From a virus (taxonomy: Duplodnaviria > Caudoviricetes), in IMG/VR virus record IMGVR_UViG_3300013947_000025, positions 1-64,000 of that record: a DNA stretch of 64,000 nt. One strand, written 5' to 3'. The notes beneath the pieces are model-generated. The model ran no database searches. It worked only from the letters and a program-made list of their open reading frames with translations, and was not told where the DNA came from. Made by a program: the position numbers and the translations under genes. Shown here in pieces: positions 19,703 through 28,585 of this stretch (position 1 is its first letter; the number at the start of each line of letters is the position of its first letter).

Positions 19703-20631
19703 CCCCCGGAACGAAGGTCTATTACGATGTGACGCGCGATGGCGAGACAAAGCCGTGGGAGTTCATCGTTTTAGGCGCGTCCGAGCAGGGAAACTCGGTT
19801 CTTATCATGTCCGCGCTGTGCTTTATGACAAAGCGCATGAACCCAACGAATGTCGCGGAGTATAACGAATGCGAGGCGGATGTATTCCTTGACGGTGAGT
19901 TTCTGACGACTTATTTTGACGAAAAGTTTATCGCGGCTCTGACACCGACGCAGATCAAGTGCTACTCGATAGCTGCTGCCGCCACTCAGACGCTTGCGAG
20001 AAAGTGCTTTCTTCCGAGCTATACGGAACTCGGTTGGACATCGGCGAACGATGAGGGCGCGTCCTATCTGCCCGCGCTGAAAACGTGGAGCAACAACACT
20101 GGCGACAATGCCGCGCAAGTCGCCTACAATACGGCGGGGGCTGCTCAGTGGTGGTGGATGCGGTCGGCGTCCTCCGGTTCGCAGTTCCGGTACGTGAACA
20201 CGATTGGCTACGCGGTCAGCTACAATGCCTCGATCTCGGGCTACTGGCTTCGCCCCGTTTTATCCGTGGCGAATGCCACAATCGTCTCCGACCAAGGGGA
20301 GGAGACAATCTATATCCTCCCTGACCCGGACAAGCTTTACCGCGAAGCAGAAGCGACTTTGTTTCTCGGCTCATCGGTGAAGCGTCCGAAGAAGGTCAGA
20401 CTGCTGACCGATGTCGAGAACGCGACTGAGCAGGTGTGGAAGGTATCTAATAACGCGAAGGACGAATCTCCGGTCTGGGTGACTGCCGCGGCTGATGGCA
20501 CAGCGGAACTGACGAGCACCACGAAGACCACGGACAGCTGGGAGCTGGGTGTACACGTGTACGTAAAATCGGGCGGAAAGGCGATAGTACAAGAGCCGAT
20601 ACTGCTCGTGGAAACGGAGGAGACGGAATGA
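19678..20631 (+). CDS. DGR target protein (C-type-lectin-like, DUF6273-like) with internal VR and extra C-terminal domain
   Basis: 'FLPSYTELG', 'WWWMRS...LRPVL' encoded by VR; ~120 aa follow the VR. Confidence 0.88.
   Translation: MSRTISELTPGTKVYYDVTRDGETKPWEFIVLGASEQGNSVLIMSALCFMTKRMNPTNVAEYNECEADVFLDGEFLTTYFDEKFIAALTPTQIKCYSIAAAATQTLARKCFLPSYTELGWTSANDEGASYLPALKTWSNNTGDNAAQVAYNTAGAAQWWWMRSASSGSQFRYVNTIGYAVSYNASISGYWLRPVLSVANATIVSDQGEETIYILPDPDKLYREAEATLFLGSSVKRPKKVRLLTDVENATEQVWKVSNNAKDESPVWVTAAADGTAELTSTTKTTDSWELGVHVYVKSGGKAIVQEPILLVETEETE
20133..20262 (+). repeat. DGR variable repeat (VR)
   Basis: Codon changes vs TR: GAT>GGT, AAC>TAC (x4), AAT>ATT, AAC>GTC, AAC>ATC. Confidence 0.97.
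20266..20279 (+). other. Hairpin 3' of VR (candidate DGR homing cruciform)
   Basis: GTGGC-GAAT-GCCAC 3 nt after the VR end; TR flank keeps only the right arm. Confidence 0.6.
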
Positions 20632-20793
20632 GGATACAGGAGTATATACGTCAGCGAAACGAAAAGCACCGGGCGGAGATCAAGGCGATGGAAAGCAAGA
20701 TCGCCGAAAACGCCGACAAAGCCGAGGCTCTGAATATCATCCTCGGCGAGGAAAATGGCGATGAAACAAATCTTTCAAGCGGAGGTGACACGG

Positions 20794-21426
20794 ATGGCGG
20801 AAACTGAGAAAACGCCACTGGAACAGAATTCGGACGCGATTGCTGAGATTATGACGCTGGCGAATAATCTGCCCAGTGCGGGTGGTGGAACGGATATTTC
20901 CCTTGGCGTGACCGGGGCGGCTGTCGGGGATATTGTGAAGGTCAAGGCGGTGGATGATAGCGGGAAGCCGACGGAGTGGGAGGCGGCGGGATACACACTT
21001 CTCTCGGAATCGACCGGAATCAGCGAAGCAGTTACGATGTTCGAGTTTACTGGACTCACAGGATATAACGATTTCGTTTTGGTTGCGAATATGCCCAAAG
21101 CATCTGGCAGTGCCAAATATTGTCTTTACATCAATAATCGGTTAGTGAGTGGCAGTCTCGGCAACTATTTTTTACACCCCAACTCGCCGAAGAATGTGAT
21201 TCTTGGTGTTGCTTGTAATCTTATAGACAAGCATTACGTGACGTATGGTGTGAGCCAGACGCAAAACTCGTCATACAATCAGGACAACTTCGGAGTGACC
21301 TTTGGTCAAACGTTGCTGGGGGATAATGAATCTGTCGAGTCATTGAAGATCGCATCGGACAACTCGAATGTCCTCATACCGGCGCAGACATCATATGAGT
21401 TTTACGGGAGGTATATCAATGCGTAA
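20794..21426 (+). CDS. Tail fibre-like protein
   Basis: GGAGGTG RBS; 'GVTGAAVGDIVKVKAVDDSGKPTEWEAA' fibre-linker motif then beta domain. Confidence 0.55.
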   Translation: MAETEKTPLEQNSDAIAEIMTLANNLPSAGGGTDISLGVTGAAVGDIVKVKAVDDSGKPTEWEAAGYTLLSESTGISEAVTMFEFTGLTGYNDFVLVANMPKASGSAKYCLYINNRLVSGSLGNYFLHPNSPKNVILGVACNLIDKHYVTYGVSQTQNSSYNQDNFGVTFGQTLLGDNESVESLKIASDNSNVLIPAQTSYEFYGRYINA

Positions 21427-21586
21427 ATGCGTTAATGGGCAAATTGTGGACATGACCCCCGAGGAAATCGCGGCGATGGAATCGCAGGCTTCCGAAGTCC
21501 CTACGCCTGAGAAGACGATTGAGGAAAGGGTCGGGAAGGTGGAGGAAACCACAGAAGCAATCAAAGCAATCCTCTTGGGGGAATAA
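21419..21586 (+). CDS. Small tail-associated protein
   Basis: GGAGGT RBS; 'MRKCVNGQIVDMTPEEIAAM'. Confidence 0.5.
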   Translation: MRKCVNGQIVDMTPEEIAAMESQASEVPTPEKTIEERVGKVEETTEAIKAILLGE

Positions 21587-21626
21587 CCCCCCTTGAGGTT
21601 TTATAATTTATGAAAGGAGAATCAAT

Positions 21627-22037
21627 ATGAACGAAGCTTTAATCGAAGCAGCAAAGAAATATCGCAAGCTAATCGAAAAAGCCGTGCAATCCTTACCGGA
21701 TGAAGAAGCACTTGAATGCGTATGCCTTTATCAAAAATGGGACGGCAATGGAGTTGAATACGCTAAGGACACAAAGGTGCAAGACGATGGCGTGCTGTAC
21801 AATGTATTGCAAGCGCACACCTCACAGGCAGCATGGAAGCCCAAAGATGCACCAAGTTTGTTTGCCAAGGTGCTGATACCTGACCCGACCGTGATACCGG
21901 ATTGGGAACAACCTGATTCAACAAATCCTTATGCAAAGGGCGATAAGGTAAAATATGATGGTAAGACATGGGTAAGTACGGTTGATAACAACGTATGGAA
22001 ACCTGGAGAATATGGATGGGAGGAAATTAGCGAATGA
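21627..22037 (+). CDS. Tail-associated protein with CBM5/12-like repeats
   Basis: 'LQAHTSQAAWKP', 'YAKGDKVKYDGKTWVSTVDNNVWKPGEYGW'; N-terminus similar to 15843. Confidence 0.7.
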   Translation: MNEALIEAAKKYRKLIEKAVQSLPDEEALECVCLYQKWDGNGVEYAKDTKVQDDGVLYNVLQAHTSQAAWKPKDAPSLFAKVLIPDPTVIPDWEQPDSTNPYAKGDKVKYDGKTWVSTVDNNVWKPGEYGWEEISE

Positions 22038-22772
22038 GCAACGATAAAGTGCCATGTGGTGGTTTTACCCTTGGAGATGGCTTCTATATGGATGGTACAA
22101 CCCTGCGGGGGGGTATTTTATACTGTAAAGAAAAGTGAGATGACACAGAACCCCGCAAATCAACTATGGCTATATAAGAAGCAATTAACAGATGACGAAG
22201 CGACAGAATTGATTACAAAGTTGAAACAGATGGACAAAAATGCCATCTATATTATATACGAAGAAGATGATCGTACTAGTTATGCTTTTCTTGCAGAGTC
22301 TGTATTTGTTTCTGCTTCTGCTTTTACGATTTATAGTCAAGATAATCATTCAATAGGTCGTTGTAGTCTCAGACTAAGTACTCAAAATTCTCAAAAAATA
22401 TTGGTACTTATAATAACTGGTATGCCAACTCCTTATTTTCAGTTGTTTAATAAAGCGGGTTCAAGTTGGATGCCGATATTAAGCTATGAGACGTTTAATG
22501 GTTATTCGTTGTTTGAGATGCAGAATCATGCGAATATCTATCAACTTCGTATAGATGGTAAGTGCCTTAATCTCCAATTGTATTCTCCTTACATTAGTAA
22601 CATGATCAACAAGGGTAACCCAACCTACTATTTTTACTCTAATCCAATTACAGTAGATAATGATACATCTTATTATTATCGTGTAACGTGGGCTTATTCA
22701 GAAAGTAGCGTGTTAGGAACGGTCACCGTAGACAAAATAACATTTGCAAACACGTCAGTCGAAAGCGTGTAA
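22034..22772 (+). pseudogene. PCGGF-leader protein 1, out of frame at G7 tract (candidate phase-OFF)
   Basis: ATG 22034 overlaps the upstream stop (ATGA); MSNDKVPCGGFTLGDGFYMDGTTLRGG, G7 at 22107-22113, then stop; long ORF continues in the +1 frame to 22772. Confidence 0.75.
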
Positions 22773-22818
22773 TCATTAAAATCAATAAACAAAATTATAT
22801 TCAAGAAAGGATGATTTT

Positions 22819-23727
22819 ATGACTAAAATACCATGCGGTGGTTTCGAACTAAACAATTCTCTCAAAGTTGATGGAAAGTCGTTGGGTACGTCATTTGGAG
22901 GAGGTTTAACGGATTATACGGATTCTGATAGGTGGGGCATATCAAATGGCTATGTTTGGCGTTCTGAAGATATCAACATATCTGATTACGCCGTAAACGA
23001 TATTATTCCAATTCTTCAACGTCCGGGATATGCGAATTTGGGTGGACTTTATGTTTATTTGTTTGGTGCGCCCAACAATTATGATGGTTTGTTCCCCGAA
23101 ACACACGTTCATCGTACAACCGCTCATTCATATATCGTAATGCGCGGATGGCGATACAATACAAGCACGGGAGAATGGTACGACACAACAGAAGACCTCA
23201 CGCTCCCCCAAAAGGACGCAACAGAATTCAACGCGTCTGATATGAATTTTGTTTCGCCTGTTGTTATTACAGGTTCGCAAGTATTTGATTTTGTGGGTGT
23301 TTGGAAAAAAGATAAAGCTCCTGCTTCGTATGTGGGGAAAATTTCTGAGCCGGGATTTTATCTTGTGAAAAAGGGCGAAGTTCCTTATGGATGGAAAATT
23401 GGCTATAGAAATATTAAGTTATTGACATATAGTGGTATTTCTAAGAAATCTTTGTCGACAATGAAATTAGAACTTATTCAAGAAAAATCTTCTGCAATCA
23501 CTGATTCAAACAAATCATCTACAACCAATTATCCATCAAATAAGGCAGTATCAGACTTTATCGATTCAAGAGTATCAACCAATACTCTTACACTCAATGA
23601 TGCTACAGATGCGTCCACACAATATAAACTTAAACTACAGACAGGCTCGGATGGTAAGTTGAGCTTGATTGTAACGAATTCAGACGGCTCAAAGGAACTT
23701 TTGAAAGTTACTGGAGATGCTACTTAA
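22819..23727 (+). CDS. PCGGF-leader protein 2 (no G-tract)
   Basis: MTKIPCGGFELNNSLKVDG; 'NYPSNKAV' fibre-like motif. Confidence 0.75.
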   Translation: MTKIPCGGFELNNSLKVDGKSLGTSFGGGLTDYTDSDRWGISNGYVWRSEDINISDYAVNDIIPILQRPGYANLGGLYVYLFGAPNNYDGLFPETHVHRTTAHSYIVMRGWRYNTSTGEWYDTTEDLTLPQKDATEFNASDMNFVSPVVITGSQVFDFVGVWKKDKAPASYVGKISEPGFYLVKKGEVPYGWKIGYRNIKLLTYSGISKKSLSTMKLELIQEKSSAITDSNKSSTTNYPSNKAVSDFIDSRVSTNTLTLNDATDASTQYKLKLQTGSDGKLSLIVTNSDGSKELLKVTGDAT

Positions 23728-23750
23728 AAAAACCAATTAAAGGAGTAAAC

Positions 23751-23942
23751 ATGATAACTCTTTACAGACCAAAGGGCTACAATTCCCCAAGAGCGTCCTC
23801 ATACACAGGACGCTCTATTGACACCAAACCTGTTCATGTTGAAAACGGGGCGGTATTCAAGGAAATTGACACCGGAAGGGTTTACAGATACGACAAGGAA
23901 AATAATTTGTGGATTGAAGGTGAATTGAATGGTCACACTTGA
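23751..23942 (+). CDS. Small protein, paralogue of the N-terminal domain of the next gene
   Basis: 'ENGAVFKEIDTGRVYRY' vs 'ENGDEFYEIDTGKIYKF'. Confidence 0.65.
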   Translation: MITLYRPKGYNSPRASSYTGRSIDTKPVHVENGAVFKEIDTGRVYRYDKENNLWIEGELNGHT

Positions 23943-25077
23943 GCGTCCTGCACATTATTCTGCACAAAGATATAGCGAATATTGTGGATTATCAACAGAT
24001 GATAAGGCTACGATTAAAGCTGAAAATGGCGATGAATTTTATGAAATTGATACAGGCAAAATCTACAAATTCAACGGCACAAGCGGCGAATGGGTAGAAC
24101 AACCTGGCGATACCACAGCGGTTGATACAGGGTTGCCAACGATTACAAGCGAAACCAGTGGGCAATTTTTGTCCAACGATGGTACGGCTACGCATTGGCA
24201 AACCATTGCTTCAATGGACTTTATCATCACGCTTACGGACAACCAAGATGGCACTTATACGGCTGATAAGACCTATGTAGAAATCAAGACAGCCCTTGAA
24301 GAAAAGGAAAATATTGCCGTGTCGATAGGCAATGGGCATACAAGGCTTCCGCTGATGAATGCAGAAATTGCCGAAAATGGAGACGCAGGATTTACCTTTG
24401 GCTATACCAAGCTAACCCTTGATGGGCAGTTGGTATCCATGAGGGCAGTCAACTATCACCATACGGCTGACCCAGTAAGCGATGAATGGACGGATATTGA
24501 CCAAGCGGCTGAATACCTTAAGACAAGTGGCGGAACGATGGACGGCAATTTGAGCATGGGCGGAGCTAACATTACCGATGTCCAAGAGCTTCAAGTCAAC
24601 CCTGCTAATCCTGTTTACATTGGTTCAGTGGTTCATGCCCAAGGAACAAATGGTGTTAGGCTCACGGCAACTACAAATGATGAACTTGCCGTCGTTGCGC
24701 CAGATTCACAAAGCACCTATAAGCCTGTTCATGTGGGCAATCCTACTGCATTGACCCATGCGGTTACGTTAGGGTATCTTGCTCAAGAGCAGAAGGATTC
24801 AACTGCCACAAAGAAATCCGTTGATTTACAGGCGAATTCAGCTATCACTGTATCGCTTGATGATGGTGCATATTTGTTTAGCGCATGTGATGAGCGGCAT
24901 AGAGGATTAACTTGCGCGTTCGTCTGTGGCACTACATCAACCGTGTTTGACCTGTCCGGTATGGCAGGATGGGCAGTTAGCAAGAATGACGCTACAGCAA
25001 ATGCGATTTATATTGATAACAAAATTGATACGCCATTGACCGTATATGTAACAAGTGTTGGCGGCGGTAGCGTTTGA
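23929..25077 (+). CDS. Fibre/decoration-like protein
   Basis: 'ADKTYVEI', 'SGGTMDGNLSMGGANITDV', 'VGNPTALTHAVTLGY' fibre motifs. Confidence 0.6.
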   Translation: MVTLERPAHYSAQRYSEYCGLSTDDKATIKAENGDEFYEIDTGKIYKFNGTSGEWVEQPGDTTAVDTGLPTITSETSGQFLSNDGTATHWQTIASMDFIITLTDNQDGTYTADKTYVEIKTALEEKENIAVSIGNGHTRLPLMNAEIAENGDAGFTFGYTKLTLDGQLVSMRAVNYHHTADPVSDEWTDIDQAAEYLKTSGGTMDGNLSMGGANITDVQELQVNPANPVYIGSVVHAQGTNGVRLTATTNDELAVVAPDSQSTYKPVHVGNPTALTHAVTLGYLAQEQKDSTATKKSVDLQANSAITVSLDDGAYLFSACDERHRGLTCAFVCGTTSTVFDLSGMAGWAVSKNDATANAIYIDNKIDTPLTVYVTSVGGGSV

Positions 25078-25100
25078 CTAAAAATTAGGAGGAATTAAAT

Positions 25101-25508
25101 ATGGCGGATTTACAAAAAGTTCCCTGCGGAGGATTTGAATTAGACTCTTCCCTCAAGCTTACCGATAATAAGTTAGGCGTAGCTGGGGGGGGTATATATT
25201 ATCTAAAGATTAACGCAGAACAAGTAGGTTCAAGTTCTTGGGAGTATTCTATCGCTGAGGATTCACAGTTAAAAACGTATGAAGAGATTGTTGAATGTAT
25301 AGAAAATGGAAATATTATTCGTTGTAATAAGAGTCCGGGAAGTTTGTTTACAGACATTATATTTCAAGACGATACCGCTATTTTGGAAGGTTTCGTTCTT
25401 AGGTTTGTACAACAAAATACGGTATATTTAAGTGGGACTATGATAACGTTTAATAAAGATAGCACAATAAAGTTTTTCACTCAACGCAGTATGAATATTA
25501 CACAATAA
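25101..25508 (+). CDS. PCGGF-leader protein 3 with in-frame G8 tract (candidate phase-ON)
   Basis: MADLQKVPCGGFELDS...VAGGG; G8 at 25185-25192; 'LKTYEEI'. Confidence 0.8.
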   Translation: MADLQKVPCGGFELDSSLKLTDNKLGVAGGGIYYLKINAEQVGSSSWEYSIAEDSQLKTYEEIVECIENGNIIRCNKSPGSLFTDIIFQDDTAILEGFVLRFVQQNTVYLSGTMITFNKDSTIKFFTQRSMNITQ

Positions 25509-25530
25509 TATAAAGAAAGGAAGATAATAT

Positions 25531-25930
25531 ATGAATAACGAAAATCCCAAAATCCCCTGCGGAGGTTTCCGCATAGGCGATGGTCTTACGATGGATGGCG
25601 ATACGTTGAAGAGCTTGGGGGGGGGCGTTTGTTCTTTTTAATATAAGAGCAGAGGTATTAACTGTCAGAGACGATTCCCCAATAAAAACTTACGAAGAAA
25701 TCAGAACGAATTTAAGGGCGGGCGTTCCTATAAAAGCAATGGCTTGGACGGGCGGGTCTTGGCTTGTCTTTGACACTCAAATAAATGATAGAATAGATTC
25801 TGTATGGGTTTATATATTTGAGCGAACTTTTATTGGATATGATAAACTTACGTTACAAACAGCAACAGTCAATCCTTCTGACGAATGGGAATATAAATCT
25901 ACTAATTATGCCCTCACCCCCACCACCTAA
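25531..25930 (+). pseudogene. PCGGF-leader protein 4, out of frame at G9 tract (candidate phase-OFF)
   Basis: MNNENPKIPCGGFRIGDGLTMDGDTLKSLGGG, G9 at 25617-25625, then TAA; +1 frame reads AFVLFNIRAEVLTVRDDSPIKTYEEIR... to 25930. Confidence 0.8.
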
Positions 25931-25934
25931 ACAC

Positions 25935-25967
25935 ATACCCCAGACTTTTACGGTCTGGGGTATTTTT
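25935..25967 (+). terminator. Intrinsic terminator at the convergence of + and - strand blocks
   Basis: ATACCCCAGAC-ttttacg-GTCTGGGGTAT followed by a T run. Confidence 0.8.
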
Positions 25968-25968
25968 G

Positions 25969-26601
25969 TTAAGGGATTAAACGCCAAATTTCTTTTGGCG
26001 ACTTTGCTTCGTGTTCATGAAGAGTTTCTTTTACGTATACACTCGCAAACCGACAATCCTTAAGATTGTTGGACAGTTTATCAGCAGTGGTTGAATAGTC
26101 ATCAGATGTTGCATATTCTTTGTTCCACGGTCTATCAATCAACCAACAATCGTTGCACAGTGTATCATCAATATTCTTGGTATAATCATCAATCATTATG
26201 TCCCCCATGAGCAGGTGCTTGTCATTGCACGTGATGATATGGTGCTTATCTGCCCCTGTCGCTTTGGACGCGACTGTGAGCTTTTCCCTAAGCCCTGTCT
26301 TCAAGGGATTGGTTGCTGTGACAAGATAGACGGTGAAATAATCGGGATGAGCAACCATCGTCCGTACAAGTTCGCAGATTGGTTCAATGGGCTGTACATA
26401 GTCCCATGTCTTGGGCTTGGTCAAGAACTGAAAGAAATCATCGTCAACCTTACCACTGAAATAGTTCCAACAGGTTACATCATCAAGGGTGATGGACTTA
26501 TTGTAGCGGCGATTGTATTCATCTACTATCAGCTGTTCAGTGTTGAGGACAGTGTTGTCTATGTCACAGAGGACGATTAAGGGGCGTGTTGAATTTACCA
26601 T
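25969..26601 (-). CDS. 5'(3')-deoxyribonucleotidase (HAD, NT5C-like)
   Basis: 'LCDIDNTV' DxD motif; 'DKHLLMGDIMIDDY', 'RPWN'. Confidence 0.85.
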   Translation of the reverse strand: MVNSTRPLIVLCDIDNTVLNTEQLIVDEYNRRYNKSITLDDVTCWNYFSGKVDDDFFQFLTKPKTWDYVQPIEPICELVRTMVAHPDYFTVYLVTATNPLKTGLREKLTVASKATGADKHHIITCNDKHLLMGDIMIDDYTKNIDDTLCNDCWLIDRPWNKEYATSDDYSTTADKLSNNLKDCRFASVYVKETLHEHEAKSPKEIWRLIP

Positions 26602-26603
26602 TG

Positions 26604-26852
26604 TTAATCACATTTTCCTTCCCTGATTGCTTCGAAAATCTTACGGTATAGATTGTTATGGGTAGACCATCCGTGGTCTAATTCGTGGACGATTTCTTCA
26701 TATTTCATGGGAAGTTTATCCTTAATATCGGGGAATAGCCGTCTTGCTCGTGTAAGATTTTCGCCCATCTGCTCAGGGCTGTTTGCCAGCCCCAAGAGGA
26801 TAAGAACAAGTTCATCGTGCGAAAGATTGAGGGTGTAGGTCGTGTTAGGCAT
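26604..26852 (-). CDS. Hypothetical protein
   Basis: GGAGG RBS; co-oriented. Confidence 0.55.
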   Translation of the reverse strand: MPNTTYTLNLSHDELVLILLGLANSPEQMGENLTRARRLFPDIKDKLPMKYEEIVHELDHGWSTHNNLYRKIFEAIREGKCD

Positions 26853-27141
26853 TGGGCGTTACCTCCGTGCTTTTGTTGAAGCTCCTGCCTATTGTTGCCA
26901 TTGCGTCATCAAGTGCGTCAAAAAGTCTACTGTCAGCGTCCCCAAAGGGAACGTAAGATGGATGGTTGTTCATGTAGGCAATAACATGCTTGTAGGCTTC
27001 GCAGATAACCGGATTGGACTGTTCAGTAAGCTGGTTGTATTCGTCACGAACGGCTTCTGTGATGGCGGATGTAGTTGCCTGTCCAAGCAGGGCATGGAGG
27101 ATTGCTACCTGAATGTTGTCAAGGTTAAGGGTGATGTTCAT
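26845..27141 (-). CDS. Hypothetical protein, paralogue of 27146-27451
   Basis: 'ITLNLDNIQVAILHALL' vs 'VTLNLTNNQAIMLHALL'. Confidence 0.6.
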   Translation of the reverse strand: MNITLNLDNIQVAILHALLGQATTSAITEAVRDEYNQLTEQSNPVICEAYKHVIAYMNNHPSYVPFGDADSRLFDALDDAMATIGRSFNKSTEVTPNA

Positions 27142-27145
27142 TTGT

Positions 27146-27451
27146 TTATCTCCTTTCTTCGCTGTTGGCTTCCAAGACCTTCTTGTTCAGCTTGCGTCCG
27201 ATTCCTTCTACCGCCCATTCGAGGTCATCGAACAGGTCAATGTCTTCCTCGTTGAATGGAAAGTCCTTAGGGTTGGTATTGATGAAATGCTTGATGGCGC
27301 GATAAGCGGTGAAGTAGTAGGTGTCTCCACCTTCCTTGATGTAATCGTTGAGGTTGTCGTTAATCATGTCAACGATGTCCTCGGCGGTGTGATTGGTGAG
27401 CAATGCGTGGAGCATGATTGCCTGATTGTTGGTGAGGTTAAGTGTTACCAT
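27146..27451 (-). CDS. Hypothetical protein, paralogue of 26845-27141
   Basis: Shared N-terminus and 'LFD.L...IGR' motif. Confidence 0.6.
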   Translation of the reverse strand: MVTLNLTNNQAIMLHALLTNHTAEDIVDMINDNLNDYIKEGGDTYYFTAYRAIKHFINTNPKDFPFNEEDIDLFDDLEWAVEGIGRKLNKKVLEANSEERR

Positions 27452-27463
27452 TTTGTTTCTCCT

Positions 27464-27856
27464 TTATTTCTTTACTTCTATTTCGTAAGGCAGGGGGTTG
27501 GTGTGGAAGTATATCTTGTAGTCATAAGGATTGGTTAATGTTCCTGTGATGTCTTCGACTACGTAAAGCGTGTAATCGTTAAGGTAGACATAATTCTTTT
27601 TGTATGTGTCTTCACCTGTCTTTACCGTTACAACAAGCTCACCATGAGAGTTGTTAGATATATCCATACACCCTTCCATTTCAAGGATGACGTTGTCGGT
27701 ACGAGCGTTATAGACGGTTATTTTGCGCTGACACTCGAAGTAACGCGCCTGTTTGGAAAGATTGTTGTTGACTATATCAGCTTCCGACCAAAGGTCACAA
27801 CTGGTAATAGTCGCAGTAGCAAGAAGTGCCGTGAGTAAGATGGTTAATTTTTTCAT
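27464..27856 (-). CDS. Putative lipoprotein
   Basis: Signal peptide MKKLTILLTALLATATITSC with lipobox-like Cys. Confidence 0.7.
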   Translation of the reverse strand: MKKLTILLTALLATATITSCDLWSEADIVNNNLSKQARYFECQRKITVYNARTDNVILEMEGCMDISNNSHGELVVTVKTGEDTYKKNYVYLNDYTLYVVEDITGTLTNPYDYKIYFHTNPLPYEIEVKK

Positions 27857-27875
27857 TGTTTGTTTCTCCTTTGAA

Positions 27876-28163
27876 TTAAAGATTGGTTTCATCCGAGCCG
27901 AAAGCTTCAGTAACGTCTCCGGCGTAAGCGTAGTGGTAAAGATGTGCTTTACCTATAATTGCGTTAGCCATATGAGAATAACGGCAAGCGTTTGCTCTTT
28001 CGCGCATGGAAGCTATGAGGGCTGTGTAGTCATCACTGACTTCCTTGGTTGCTGATTCCCGCCCGATTTCATAAGCAAGGGCGATGAGTTTGTTAAGGGT
28101 GTCTTTGTCCCCATAGGCTTCATTGCTTTCGCGGGCTACTTTGATTCTTTCAAGAATGGTCAT
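27876..28163 (-). CDS. Hypothetical protein
   Basis: AGGAG RBS; first gene after the promoter at ~28214. Confidence 0.6.
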   Translation of the reverse strand: MTILERIKVARESNEAYGDKDTLNKLIALAYEIGRESATKEVSDDYTALIASMRERANACRYSHMANAIIGKAHLYHYAYAGDVTEAFGSDETNL

Positions 28164-28208
28164 AATTGTTTCTCCTTTGGGCTTTCGCCTTTGTTGTTTT
28201 GTGATTAT

Positions 28209-28262
28209 ATTATACCATATATTGGGGCTTGATTCAACAGTATTTTATGAATTTACTGTAAA
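28209..28262 (-). promoter_or_regulatory. sigma-A promoter (TTGAAT-17-TATAAT, extended -10) with TTTACA-N5-TTCATA box
   Basis: -10 at 28209-28214, -35 at 28232-28237, box at 28246-28262. Confidence 0.7.
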
Positions 28263-28471
28263 TCCGTGTTCATAATTGTGACCTTGGGCTTGCAGTTGGG
28301 ATGGTTGCCGTAGATGACGCGTACCGCCTGTTCAAGGGATTCCTTGGTGTTGAAACGAAGGACAGCGGTGTAGTGGTATTCATCAGTGCGCTCAAAGCGG
28401 ATAATGCGGTCGATGAAATAGTCGTTGAGCGGCTTAATTTGCATACGGTTAAGAACGAATGTAGCAAGCAT
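28253..28471 (-). CDS. Hypothetical protein
   Basis: AGGAG RBS, own promoter. Confidence 0.55.
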   Translation of the reverse strand: MLATFVLNRMQIKPLNDYFIDRIIRFERTDEYHYTAVLRFNTKESLEQAVRVIYGNHPNCKPKVTIMNTDLQ

Positions 28472-28515
28472 GGTATTGACTCCTTTGAATTGCCGTGTGG
28501 CTTTGTTGTGTATAT

Positions 28516-28569
28516 ATTATAGCATAGGTTCAAAGGGAAATCAACAGTATATTGTAAACGGTATGTAAA
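28516..28569 (-). promoter_or_regulatory. sigma-A promoter (TTGATT-17-TATAAT) with TTTACA-N5-TTTACA box
   Basis: -10 at 28516-28521, -35 at 28539-28544, box at 28553-28569. Confidence 0.7.
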
Positions 28570-28585
28570 TTGATGTTCATAAATT

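Noticed and set aside
373-20669. Many long antisense and alternative-frame ORFs in the GC-rich half (e.g. 4635-5816, 1360-2295, 16394-17530)
   Set aside because: Shadow ORFs of strongly biased + strand structural genes, with no recognisable motifs.
22056-22772. ORF-track start at 22056 (MVVLPLEM...) and 46325 (MVRELGGG...) as true starts
   Set aside because: Better starts lie upstream in another frame (22034 by stop-start coupling, 46408 with an RBS), with family-typical N-termini, joined through poly-G tracts.
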